DNA from: Octopus vulgaris
Taxonomy: Eukaryota
NCBI GenBank assembly: GCA_951406725.2
Contig: OX597843.1
Location: 7,192,001-7,256,000 of the forward strand
Direction of reading: 5' to 3'
Length of the DNA stretch: 64,000 nucleotides
Numbering within the stretch: the stretch's first letter is position 1; each line of letters starts with the position of its first letter. Positions 14,862 through 27,309 of this stretch are shown here, piece after piece. The translations under genes were made by a program, and so were the position numbers. The notes under the pieces are model-generated. The model made no database searches. It was given only the letters and a program-made list of their open reading frames with translations, and was not told where the DNA came from.

Positions 14862-15094
14862 CATATATATATACACACATATATATATATATAACAAAGT
14901 AGGTTAGGGTGTTACTGCACAGGTAAAAGAAAAAGAATCTGAAAAATTATTTATTAACTTGACTGGTTTCACTTATTTGTAAAGATTTTCAAAAGTAAAA
15001 TCTGTGATTTCGTTTATTTTCTGTGGGGTCAAAAATTAGTTTACAAAAATATATCCGAAACAAGTGATAGAATCTTTGACAATTATAAGAAGAG

Positions 15095-15306
15095 TTTTGA
15101 GGTTTTCTGTATCCTCTGTGATGGTATTTTCCCCATCCGCCTTATTTTTTCTTTTGGACTTTCCACCGTCTCTTGTTTCTGACGAAGAGTTTTGCTCGAA
15201 GCGTAAAACCACATTTTTTTCCTTCCCTGAGCGTCTTTGAATACTTTGCATGTCCCACGTTCTCGTGTTGTTGTTTTTCTTGTGAATGTTCTTCGTTTTT
15301 TATATT

Positions 15307-15310
<4 letters not shown>
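15095..15310 (+). mobile_element. HHR element family H2
   Basis: 15175-15209: GUUU-CUGACGA-A-GAGU(UUU)GCUC-GAA-GCGU-A-AAAC. Confidence 0.65.
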
Positions 15311-15377
<67 letters not shown>

Positions 15378-15574
15378 ATTTTACTTGTTTCAGTCATTTG
15401 ACTGCGGCCATGCTCGAGCACCGTCTTTAGTCGAGCAAATTGACCCCAGGACTTATTCTTTGGAATCCTAGTACTTAGTCTATCGGTCTCTTTTGCTGAA
15501 CCGCTAAGTTACGGGGGTCGCTTGTCAAGCGATGCTTGGGGGACAAATACAGACACTTAAACATATACACACAC

Positions 15575-15615
<41 letters not shown>

Positions 15616-15780
15616 TATATACGACGGTCTTCTTTCAGTTTCCGTTTACCAAATCCATTCACAAGGCTTTGGTTGGCCCTAGGCTATAGTAGAAGACACT
15701 TACCCAAGGTGCCACGCAGTGGGAATGAACCCGGAGCCATGTGGTTGGGAAGCAAGCTATTTACCACACAGTCACTCCTG
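15378..15780 (-). mobile_element. SINE family A, full length
   Basis: Reverse complement of 45422-45815. Confidence 0.85.
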
Positions 15781-15837
15781 TAACTACGTATTTATAGACT
15801 TGTTGAGACATGTGAAATCGAAATGGATATCAAATTC

Positions 15838-16180
15838 GATGACTGGCATCCGTAGTAGTAGAGCGCTAAGAGAACCATACGAGTGAGATCGTGGCCAGAG
15901 CAACAAGCTGGCCTCCGAGCCGGTGGCACGTTAAAGACACCATTTGAGAGCGGCCGTTGTCAGTACCGCCTGACTGGCCCTCGTGCCGGTGGCACGTAAA
16001 AGCATCCACTACACTCTGGGAGTGGTTGGCGTTAAGAGGAGCATCCAGCCCTTCGTAACGCCGGATCAGATTGGAGTCTGGTGTAGCCGTCTGGTTCGCC
16101 AGACCTCAGTCAAATCGTCCAACCCATGCTAGCATGGAAAGCGGATGTTAAACGACGGTGATGATGATGATGATGATGAT
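15838..16180 (+). mobile_element. SINE family D (RTE-type tail, (GAT)n end)
   Basis: Internal GCCGGTGGCACGT repeats, TGGCGTTAAGAGGAGCATCCAGC and CAACCCATGCTAGCATGGAAAGCGGA tail; second copy at 34862-35095. Confidence 0.75.
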
Positions 16181-16582
16181 GATAATACATTTGCAAGAAG
16201 ATTGGGGAGAATAACTTCGAAGCTTCGACTTACTAAGACAGCATTCAACGCAAACTACCACGTTAAAACTTTGAAGTCGCTATCACCATTTTTCTTATAA
16301 TAAAATTGTACTCAGAGAAGCAGTATCGGAGAATTCTTCAGTATAATCTTAAACTGTTTATAACACGACATAAAAGCAAATATTCATACGTATGTGTCTG
16401 TGTGTGTACGTGTATTTACATTTGCATATTTACAAACACACACACATGGATGCATATATATATATGCGAGGCTGTGAGTGTGCGTAAGCGTAGACATATG
16501 ATCTTGGAACGGGGTGGTTGCGAAGTTGAAAGCAATAACGACGGCGATGCAGTGGGTGATACTGCTGTTAATGATGGTGGTC

Positions 16583-16643
<61 letters not shown>

Positions 16644-16733
16644 CTATGTTGTTGTTTTATGAGTTTTGCATATGGCGCAGGTAAACAAGTAATCAGGGCC
16701 CACATTTGTTTCTGCAATTATATATATACACAC

Positions 16734-16788
<55 letters not shown>

Positions 16789-16807
16789 GCACATATATAT
16801 GCATATG

Positions 16808-16857
<50 letters not shown>

Positions 16858-17067
16858 TAAGTCTGCATGTGTCTATATTGTTGTACATAGTAAAACAATT
16901 GTGTAATTAAATTTTCACGTATATATAGAAACACGTGATTGTGTATATACATATGTGTGTTTGCGTATGTGTGTATGTGTATCTGTGTGTATGCATATAT
17001 ACAAATATACACATGTCTGTTTGTTTATATATATATATATAACATACGTATAAATGTGTGTATGTAT

Positions 17068-17098
<31 letters not shown>

Positions 17099-17153
17099 CG
17101 CACATGTGTATATTTCTATATGTATAGGTATATATATAAGTATATGAATTTAG

Positions 17154-17219
<66 letters not shown>

Positions 17220-17520
17220 TATGTATATATTTATGTATGTACATATACACACACGCACACACATATATAGATATATATGTGTGTGTGGTGTATACATATA
17301 TGTATGTATATATAGGGATGAGTGTGCGTGTGTTGTGCCAAATGTTTTTCTCGTACAAGTACATAAAACAACTTTCAGGCACGTGTAAAATCTATTACAA
17401 TGTTGGGTTGGTAATCAGCATTGTTTCCTCATACCTGAAGGTGTAAGCTACCGACTTTAAGGTCACCCGTGATATCTATCTATATATATACACATACGTA
17501 TATGTGTGTGTGTGTGTGAA

Positions 17521-17787
17521 GGCGCATGGCTCAGTGGTTAAGGTGTCGTACTCATGAATGCGAGATCGTTGGTTCGATTCCCAGACCGAGCGTCGCGTTG
17601 TGTTCTTGAGCAAAGCACTTCATTTCATGCTGGTCTGCGATCATTTCAGCATCTGACATGTGGCACCCAGTTGCACCTGTACAGGTATTGTCGATCAGAT
17701 GGAGAGAGAGAGTGAGCTTGTGTCTACGGAAACATTTGACCATTATAAATAAATCATCTGTGTGGTTGTTCGGCAAGAAATTATTCG
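17521..17787 (+). mobile_element. tRNA-derived SINE (distinct body)
   Basis: A box TGGCTCAGTGG, B box GGTTCGATTCC, followed by TGTTCTTGAGCAAAGCACTT. Confidence 0.7.
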
Positions 17788-17992
17788 CATGTATATGTAT
17801 ATCTTTGTGTGTGTGTGTGTTTTGTGTCTGTGTTTGTCAGTATCACTGCTTGACAACCGATGTTAGAGTTTACGTGACGTAACCTAGCAGATCGGCAAAA
17901 GAGACCGATGGACTAAATAAGAGGCTTTATAAAACAAGTCGAGCCATTCAACTAAAATCCTGGCCGCAGTAAAATAACTGAAACAAATGAAG

Positions 17993-18059
<67 letters not shown>

Positions 18060-18217
18060 CAAAATAAGCAACAAGAATATCTTCGGTAATTTACCGAAAA
18101 TATTATTGTTGCTTATTTTGATTATAATTACCCCTGGATTAATATGGATAACACCATACAAAATTCTGGTGCATCTAGCTTAAGTACCATATTCATTTGA
18201 ATCTAAGTATTCCTGAA

Positions 18218-18253
<36 letters not shown>

Positions 18254-18339
18254 CATACATTATATATACATATACATACATACACACACGCACGCACACA
18301 CACACACGCAGACACACACACACATATACCATGTTATGA

Positions 18340-18660
18340 AGTCACATGGCTCTGTGGTTAACGCATTCGATTCACGATCGTAAAGTTGTAAGTTCGATAT
18401 TCTGTGGTTGCGTTGAGTCCTTGAGCACGGCACTTTATTTCACATTACTCCAGTCCACTCAGCTGTCAAAAATGAGTAGTACCTGTATTTCAAAGGACCG
18501 GCCTTGTCACATTCTGTGTCACGCTGAATCTCCCTCAGAACAACATTGAGAGTATGCTTGTCTGCGGAGTACTCAGCCACATACGCGTTACTTTCACGAA
18601 GAGGCTGTTCCATTCATCGAATCAACTGGAAGATTTGTCGTCGTAACCGACGGAGTGCCT
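18340..18660 (+). mobile_element. tRNA-derived SINE sharing its 3' half with 42791-43170
   Basis: Degenerate A/B boxes; the TACCTGTATTTCAAAGG...TAACCGACGGA tail is shared. Confidence 0.7.
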
Positions 18661-19283
18661 TTTACATTGCCAGGCACTTCCAAGTAATTATCTTTCTGGA
18701 TAGTTATAGCACAGATTGTTACGTGCTCCGCAATTGAAATGTATTAAAGAGAAATTTATTCATATGCCCGCTGGCAGACAATATTTCGGATTCTTTTTTC
18801 TAAATTTTTGTTGTTGTATAAAACTTTGACACGTTGAATCCAGATGTTCTAATTTTCTTCGAGGTATAGGTTGCATATCACTGATCGATCTGAATATGGG
18901 ATTGGTGTTTAGTTAATGCTCCGATTAAAAATATAGAAGACGTTATTTCCAATATTCTTCTTCTTTCAGACATGTTTCTATGGATAAATGAACTTCATTT
19001 TTCCTCAGACTCGGAAGGATGTGCATGATCTGGATATCTTCACCCCCTTGGTATATCTGTCTATCTAGCTAGCTAGCCAGATAGATAGATAGAAATGTTC
19101 ATAAAACGATTTAAACTGAGACAAGTGGACAACGCTAAGCATATATGCACACATTTATGTATACAATCTATCTATCTAATCTATCCATCCATCCATCCAT
19201 CCACCCATCCATTCACTCATCCATACATCTGTCTCTCCATTTCTTTCTTTCACTCTCTTTATCTCTCTCTCTCTCTCTCTCTC

Positions 19284-19412
<129 letters not shown>

Positions 19413-19441
19413 ATATATGTGTATATATATATATGTATATA

Positions 19442-19565
<124 letters not shown>

Positions 19566-19619
19566 TAAGTATAGGAAAGAATAGAGCTGAACGAAGATTT
19601 AACAAAATCCCTTTATTTT

Positions 19620-19705
19620 ATTTTCGACATATGTTTCGAAGTCTGCAAAGTCCCTAATTCCGAGTGAATAAGGAGTCCATTATGCAGCTTTCTCTTCAGG
19701 AAAAT
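19620..19705 (-). ncRNA. Type I hammerhead ribozyme with extended stem II, inside a ~335-bp element (19565-19900) between (TA)n tracts
   Basis: AUUUUC-CUGAAGA-GAAAGCUGCA...UGCAGACUUC-GAA-ACAUAUGU-C-GAAAAU: 6-bp stem I, intact core, palindromic stem III and GUC triplet. Confidence 0.85.
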
Positions 19706-19907
19706 CCAGGAACTTAATTCTCCAACAACATGCACAACAAGCTTTTCGACGACTGCTCACGAGGAGCCCATAAAAATAATGATGAAGGATTTTATGCCCT
19801 ATGGTCGTAACTTCAACCGTGCCTTTTCTGTTGTGAGTTTGCTACCCAGGTATCGGTTTTCTTTTGAATTATCCGTAATAAGATAATTCATTTGTCTACT
19901 TAAATAA

Positions 19908-20027
<120 letters not shown>

Positions 20028-20160
20028 GTATATATATATATGTATATATATGTATGTATATATATATATATATATATGTATGTATATATATATATGTATA
20101 TATATGTATGTATATATATATGTATATATATGTATACATATATATATATGTGTATATATG

Positions 20161-20202
<42 letters not shown>

Positions 20203-20204
<2 letters not shown>

Positions 20205-20595
20205 GCGCATGAGTGGCTGTGTGGTAAGTAGCTTGCTTAACAAGCACATGGTTCCGGGTTCAGTCCCACTGCCTGGCATATTGGCCAAGTGCCTTCTACT
20301 ATAGATTCGGGCCGACCGAAGCCTTGTGAGTTGATTTGGTAGACAGAAACTGAAAGAAACCCGTAGTATATTTAAATACGTGTGTGTGTGTGTGTGTCTG
20401 TTTGTCCCTCCACCATCGCTTGACGATCGATGCTTGTGTGTTTACGTGCCCATAACGTAGTGGTTCGACCAAAGATACTGATAGAGTAAGTGCTAGGCAT
20501 ACAAAGAATAAGTCCTGGGGGTCGATTTGTTCAACTAAAAGGCGGTGCTCCAAAATGGCCGTAGTCAAATGACCGAAACAAGTAAAAGAATAACA
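20203..20595 (+). mobile_element. SINE family A, full length
   Basis: Matches 45422-45815. Confidence 0.85.
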
Positions 20596-20670
20596 GAATA
20601 TACAAATAGATATACTTACATATAGGTAGAGATGTGTATGAACACGAAAAGTAGCATATATATATGTATA

Positions 20671-20702
<32 letters not shown>

Positions 20703-21159
20703 CACACACACACACGTGAAAATGGAAAGAGAATGTTAGAGTCGAGAGAGGGAAAGAAAGAGAGAGATGTGATGCTGCGCGTGTGAGAGAAGTAGTGAAA
20801 AAATGTCGCCGACAGGTGGCAGCTCAATTAAAATACGGCTGTTACGTGTTAAGACCACGTGACGTCCCTTGTCTTTGATCATTCGCAGATATTGTGTTCT
20901 ACGCTAAAAGGCTTACTCCCTCTCCTGTTACGCGTGCGTCTCTGTGGTTCTAGGGATAGAATATATGCACGAGTATATGTGTGTGTGTGTGTGTGTTGAA
21001 GTGTATAGATGTGTGTGTTTGCGCGAGTCTGTATGTATGTGTAGGTATACGTGTGTTTAAGTGTGTAGATGTGTGCGTATGTTTGGTGTATGCGTGTGTG
21101 CATGTATGTGTGTGCAAGCACTGATATCTCTATGCGTAAGTGTAATATATATATATATG

Positions 21160-21346
21160 TGACCGCGTGTGTACCGTTGGCGATTTTTTCCCTCCGTCTT
21201 CCGTTCTCTGGATCTTTCCTTTTCCTATGTTTCTGACGAAGAGCTCCGCTCGAAACGTTAAAACCTCCTTCTTCCCTTCCTTCCTGAGCGTCCAATAATA
21301 CTCGCGTTGTTGTGTTTTCTCTTTGTGTTTTTATGTTTGGATTAAC

Positions 21347-21347
<1 letters not shown>
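21160..21347 (+). mobile_element. HHR element family H2
   Basis: 21229-21264: GUUU-CUGACGA-A-GAGC(UCC)GCUC-GAAACGUUA-AAAC; flanked by (TA)n. Confidence 0.7.
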
Positions 21348-21425
<78 letters not shown>

Positions 21426-21772
21426 ATGTGTATGTAAGTATACATATGTAAATACATACACATATATGTATATATATGCAAACATATGTATATACAGGTA
21501 CATTCTATATGTATGTATGTAGCATATATACATACACACATACAAAACACATGCATACATACATACATACATACATACATACATACATACATACATACAT
21601 ACATACATACATACACACATACAAAACACATACATACATACATACATAATATATACATACATACACAAATACATACATACATACATACATACACACATAC
21701 AAAACACATGCATACATACATACATACACACAAACATACACACAAACATACATACATACATATATAGTGCTA

Positions 21773-21844
21773 TCCTATGTGGTCTAATGGTCAGGATTCT
21801 TGGCTTTCATCCAAGAGGCCCGATTTCGATTACCGGCATGGAAA
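21773..21844 (+). tRNA. trnE: tRNA-Glu(TTC), probably a pseudogene
   Basis: 72 nt TCCTATGTGGTCTAATGGTCAGGATT-CTTGG(CTTTCAT)CCAAG-AGGC-CCGAT(TTCGATT)ACCGG-CATGGAAA. The anticodon stem is perfect, with mismatches in the acceptor and T stems; TTTT lies about 9 nt downstream. Confidence 0.75.
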
Positions 21845-21857
21845 CACAATTATTTTA

Positions 21858-22305
21858 GGCGCAGGTGTGGCTGTGTGGTAAGTAGCTTGATTCTAAACCA
21901 CATGGTTCCGAGTTCAGTCCCACTTCGTGGCACCTTGGGCAAGTGTCTTCTACTATAGCCTCGGGCCGACCATGGCATTGTGAGTGGATTTGGTAGACGG
22001 AAACTGAAAGAAGCCCGTCGTGTGCACTCACACACACACACACACACACACGCGCGCATATATATATATATATGTGTGTGTGTGTGTTTGTATGTATTTG
22101 TATGTATTTGTGTCTGTCGCCCCACCATCGTTTGATACCGATGTCGGTATGTTTTTGCATCCCCTTAACTTAGCGGTTCGGCAAAGGATACCGATAGAAT
22201 AAGTTCTGGGCTTACTAAGAATATGTCCTGTGGTCGATTTGATCGACTCAAGTCGGTGCTCCAGCATGGCCGTTGTCAAATGACTGAAACAAGTAAAATA
22301 AAAAG
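21858..22305 (+). mobile_element. SINE family A, full length
   Basis: Matches 45422-45815. Confidence 0.85.
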
Positions 22306-22329
22306 CGTATATTTATATTTTTATATACC

Positions 22330-22842
22330 AACAGAATATGGCAGTCCTATTAAGGACGATGTGACTATTCTTTTAGCCCAGGGAACACATCGTTTCCAGC
22401 TGGCAATTGACACACACTTTGCGTTCGTATAGCAATTTGAAAAGGAGGTCATCGCTCTCATCTCTAGCTTTACGTGATACTCACATACCTTAGGTTTCTG
22501 AGTGGTTGCCCGTCCTCAGTCTAAGATAATCACAAGCTAGTGACGTCAGCTCTGTCCTCTCGCAAATGTTATATATTCTATAAACCACACAGTTCTCGTA
22601 TTGAGAAAAACAATTTGTTTTAAATCTCTGAGCGAGAGATATACAGTAAGAGAACCGGATTGTAACGTTTATATGTCAACAGAATGTGGGAGTCCTACAA
22701 AGGACGATGGTACTATTGTTTTGGCCCCATGAAAACATCTTTTCCAGCTGTCGACACACACTTTGCGTCCGTATAGCAATTTGCAAAGGAGGCCATCGCT
22801 CCCATCTCTAGCCTTACATGATACTCACAGGCCTTAGGTAAG
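22330..22842 (-). mobile_element. ~345-nt tandem repeat (1.5 units) with type I HHR: retrozyme-like family R
   Basis: 22332-22495 repeats at 22681-22839. HHR at 22474-22533: GUGAUUAUCUUAGA-CUGAGGA-CGGG(CAACCA)CUCA-GAA-ACCUAAGGU-A-UGUGAGUAUCAC. Confidence 0.7.
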
Positions 22843-23602
22843 CATTTGTACAGGGGCGCGCACGCTCACGTCTGCACACACATGCTCACAAACGTGCGCG
22901 TGCTTAGACGAACACGCATGCGAGCACACGCACATATATATACATGCATACACACACATGCACACATACACGCATCTACACACATGCGTATTCGTTCCTA
23001 TGTTCATGTTTATATTCGCATGCGTACCAATGTGCGCGTACACACACAGAAGCGCGTGCATATGTGCATTCGCACGCGCGCGTGTGTGAGTATACACGCG
23101 CAAAGCAAGCGTTGAGGATTGGTAAGCGTTGAGAATTGGTAAGTATTGTGGATTGGTAAATGGGGGTCCTGCTCGTGGGGTTAGGTGGTAGCAGGGACTT
23201 TGTTCAAGGCAGCATAGAGTAGCAGCTGGTGCTAAGTTGGTATATCCGTGTCGTCGGCAGTTAGAGGCCTGAAATTTGCCAGAAGGGCATATCTCTGGTG
23301 ACAGCAATACGATTAATCGTATTTCTTGTTGATGGATACTGCGGGTTGTTGGGGGAACAGCTGGCATTTTGTGGCACCGAGTGAATATGGTGGCGCTCTG
23401 TCATTCCAAGTACAGAATTTATACAGTGTTCTAGAGTCAAAGGTTTTTATTTATTTAAGTAAATGAAGGGATATAGTTAATAAATATCCTGGAAACAGCT
23501 GTAAGACCTTCTATATATAAATGTTCTAATATCTACACAGCCTTGGTTTTTTTTATCTCATTACGCAAAAAATTTATATATATATATGTGTGTGTGTGTG
23601 TG

Positions 23603-23886
23603 GGAGGCGCAATGGCCCAGTGGTTAGGGCAGCGGACTCGAAAAGTAGGAGAGTCCAGTTTGCTGGACATTGTTGTAGAGCTGAAAAAGAGGTAATTTCT
23701 ACTCTTCTCCTCTGGAAGCCATCTACTCGCAATACCAGAGGGCGCACACTCTCCTACCTTGATGTAATCTCCAGGGATACAGGCATCCAGCAACAAGACC
23801 TCCGTAATGCCATGATGGACCGTGAAGTCTGGCGTAGCATGGTTAATTCCATTGTCTCGACCACGGTCGAACAATGATGATGATGA
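23603..23886 (+). mobile_element. SINE head (23603-23640) fused to an RTE-group LINE 3' end with (TGA)n tail
   Basis: The head matches 42792-42828 and is followed by [25 protein letters not shown]...[12 protein letters not shown]. Confidence 0.75.
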
Positions 23887-23963
23887 TATATATATATGTA
23901 TATATATATGTATATATATATATATGTATATATATATATGTATATATATATATGTATATATGT

Positions 23964-24002
<39 letters not shown>

Positions 24003-24396
24003 CAAATGTATATATGTATATCTATATATATATATATATGTATATCTATATATATTTATATACACATGTATATATGTATATATATATATATGTACATTTA
24101 TATATATGTATATATATGAGCCAAATTAACTAACTAACTAACTAACTAACATATATATGTATATGTATATATACACACTCTATTTTTCACATTCTATTTT
24201 TCTTGTTTGCATCACCAAACTTTATACATATATACATACGTACATATAAAGATATATAAGTATGCATATGTGTGTGAGTAGACGTAGGTATACACACATA
24301 TATATCTACATATATATACAGACATATATATATATTCATGTATATATATGCATATGTGTGTGTATATATTTATACATATACATACATACGCACACA

Positions 24397-24459
<63 letters not shown>

Positions 24460-24586
24460 ACTCCCGCAGTACCATATACACCGAACCAACACATGGTGAA
24501 CACAGATAAACACTGAGGTGGCATCAGTCAGAATATTTTTATCTGTTTCTATGATTTGATCGTTGATATACACACCCGGATTTATA

Positions 24587-24691
<105 letters not shown>

Positions 24692-24883
24692 GTGTATGTA
24701 TGTATGTATGTATGTATGTATGTATGTATGTGTGTGTGTTACATGGAAAGAGAGAGGAAGAGTTAAATATATACGTGTATGTTTGTAAAATGTATATATA
24801 TATGTATATATAAATATATATACATACATATGCATGTGCACATAGAAGCACACACACATATACATACATATACATATGCCATA

Positions 24884-24928
<45 letters not shown>

Positions 24929-25249
24929 GTATGTATAATATTGTCAATAACGACATTGGACAGTTTATAAACTTTACAAATTTTTATCAGATCTCTGCTT
25001 CTTTTTCTGGATTAACAGCTGTTAGCAGTTTGTGTGTGTGTGTGTATGTATGAGTGTGTGTGTGTATGAGAGCGTTTATATATCTACATGTGCACGTGTA
25101 TGCGTTTATAATCTTGTGTATGTGTGTGTGTGTATGTGTTTGTGTGTGTGCACGCGCGTGTGTGGGTCTGTGAGCGTGTTGTCATTGTTTGTGGCGGTTG
25201 TGTTGCTTGACCACCGCATTGAGCTGTTCGCCACTGATTAAAAGATCTA

Positions 25250-25535
25250 CTCTGTCCGAATAAAGGATAGGATGGTCACAGCAGGAGCATCTTCGACAAT
25301 AAGTCTGCCGGATCAGGACTGACCTGAGGCTAAACAACAAGAACAAGGAAGGGCACATTAGATATTGTAGTCCTAGATACACTATGCCTGAATAAAAGAC
25401 AGGATAGTCAAAGCTGGAGCATCTTTGATCATAGGTCTGCTGGATCAGGACTGACCTGGGGCTAAACAACAACAACAACAAGGAAGGACACTTTAGATAA
25501 TGTAGTCCTAGATACACCGTGTCTGAATAAAAGGC
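25250..25535. repeat. ~130-bp tandem repeat (about 2.2 units)
   Basis: GAATAAA...GGATCAGGACTGACCTG...GTAGTCCTAGATACAC repeated; the same family occurs at 28305-28544. Confidence 0.8.
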
Positions 25536-26378
25536 AGCTTACAACAACGAAGAACAAAGAAGGTCACACGGAACGCTAAAATTTGTTTCTAGCCAAAGAC
25601 ACGAAAGTGACACGGAATCTATGTTTTGCGACTGTGTTTGGAATTGTCCATTCTGGGAGTGCCTTGAAGTATGTCTTTTCAAAGACCTATGCCGGGGGTG
25701 GGGTGAGAAGTTGAGGATTCTGGAACCAGCAGAGAATTGCTAGACGCGTCTACGTTAGAATTTTGGTTGTTAGCGAAGATGAGGAAAAAGTAGTAGTAGT
25801 AGTAGTAGTAGTAGTAATAATAGTAGATAAGTATAATGATGATCACGATGATGATGATGGAGGAGGAAATAAGAAGAAAAATGTGAGGGTAAAAAGAAGC
25901 AGCAGTCGCAGTAGCAGCAGAAGAAGAGGAGGAGAAGGAAGAGGCACAACGGTATAAGCAACAACGATGACGTTAACTGCGGGAATTTTGAAGAAGTCAG
26001 ATTTTGAATTGGGAAACGGAAAATATAATTGGCATCTTTGTCTAAGCGACCAGCTGCTAATGTGTGAAGAGAGAAGAAGAAGGAGAAGGAGAAGAAGAAG
26101 AATTGAAGAATAAGAAAAGAAGAAGAAAAATCAAGAAGAAGAAGAAGAAGCATTCCGCTTTAATTATGTAAATCTTGGAGAGATTCAACCGGTAACAACG
26201 CTAAAGAATTCCTGACCTGTCTTTATTCCCTTAGCGAAAAGAAGAAAGAGAGTAAAAACGCGAAAGGGGAGAATTTATTTAACGATTCTGACATCTCGCC
26301 GCCATATTAACAATAATAATAATAATAATTTACATTATTTACATTTGACGGATATTTGTCCTCATCTTGTTTGTTGTT

Positions 26379-26424
26379 AACACAACGTTTCAGCTGATAT
26401 ACCCTCCAGCCTTCATCAGGTGCC
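26379..26424 (-). ncRNA. Minimal type I hammerhead in a ~150-bp element (26330-26480) embedded in (TAA)n
   Basis: GGCAC-CUGAUGA-A-GGCUG(GAGGGUAUAU)CAGCU-GAA-ACGU-U-GUGUU. Confidence 0.7.
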
Positions 26425-26487
26425 TTGGAGAAATTTCGAACCTGGGTTCTTATTCCTAAGGTATTTTCCGATGTTAATATTATTATT

Positions 26488-27000
26488 GTTGAGTGAGAGG
26501 GCAGTGCATGCCATCAGAGTGAGACTGGGGTAAAATATACTAAGCCCAGAATACCCATCATGACTACCCATCTGATAAGGGTACACCAGGCGCATGCATC
26601 ACAACCATATGTGCGCGACATGGTGATCTCATATCAAGATGAACAGCACATGACCTTGCAGGTGGGGCCCAGTTAAAATTTTCTTCTGGTCGAGTAACCC
26701 ATCCCGCTCAAAAGGTCCCTGAATAAGGTTTGTTTAAGGATGTAGAACGAACCACCCATGTTTCCAAAGGTGAATTATCCAAACCCCCAAGAATTCCTCT
26801 CAACACATGGCTATGATTTTCCCCCACTACTTCTGCTCGTGATCAGAGATGCACATATCGTTAGCCACTAAGGGACATGCTCAACTGGTTAAGGTCAAAC
26901 AACTGACAAGCAAATCTGTGGTATTGAGCAGAATATTTGCTGTAGGCCATCTTTTATACCAAGACAAAACAATGTACATGATAACACTTCCAATCAATTA
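26488..27000 (-). mobile_element. Family C repeat
   Basis: Homologous to 51060-51620; (TTA)n flanks. Confidence 0.85.
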
Positions 27001-27069
27001 ATTATTATTATTATTGTCATCATCATCATCATCACCATCATCGTCGCCGTCATCATCATCATCATCATT

Positions 27070-27210
27070 AAGGCAGCAAGCTGGCAGCATCGTTAGCACA
27101 CTGGGCAAAATGCCTAGTGGTATTATCTTGTTGCTACGTTCTGAGTTCAGATTCCGCCAATCTCGACTTTGCCTTTCATCCTTTCGGGATCGATAAATTA
27201 AGTACCAAAT
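27070..27210 (+). mobile_element. SINE family B, 3'-truncated
   Basis: Head plus Meta-like core. Confidence 0.7.
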
Positions 27211-27309
27211 GCATATTGCGGTTGTTGTTGTTGGTGGTGGTGGTAGTGGCGATGGTGAGTGCACAGTGAAAAGATTTTTTTTTTTTAATTGAACTAAGTT
27301 TTTTTTATA

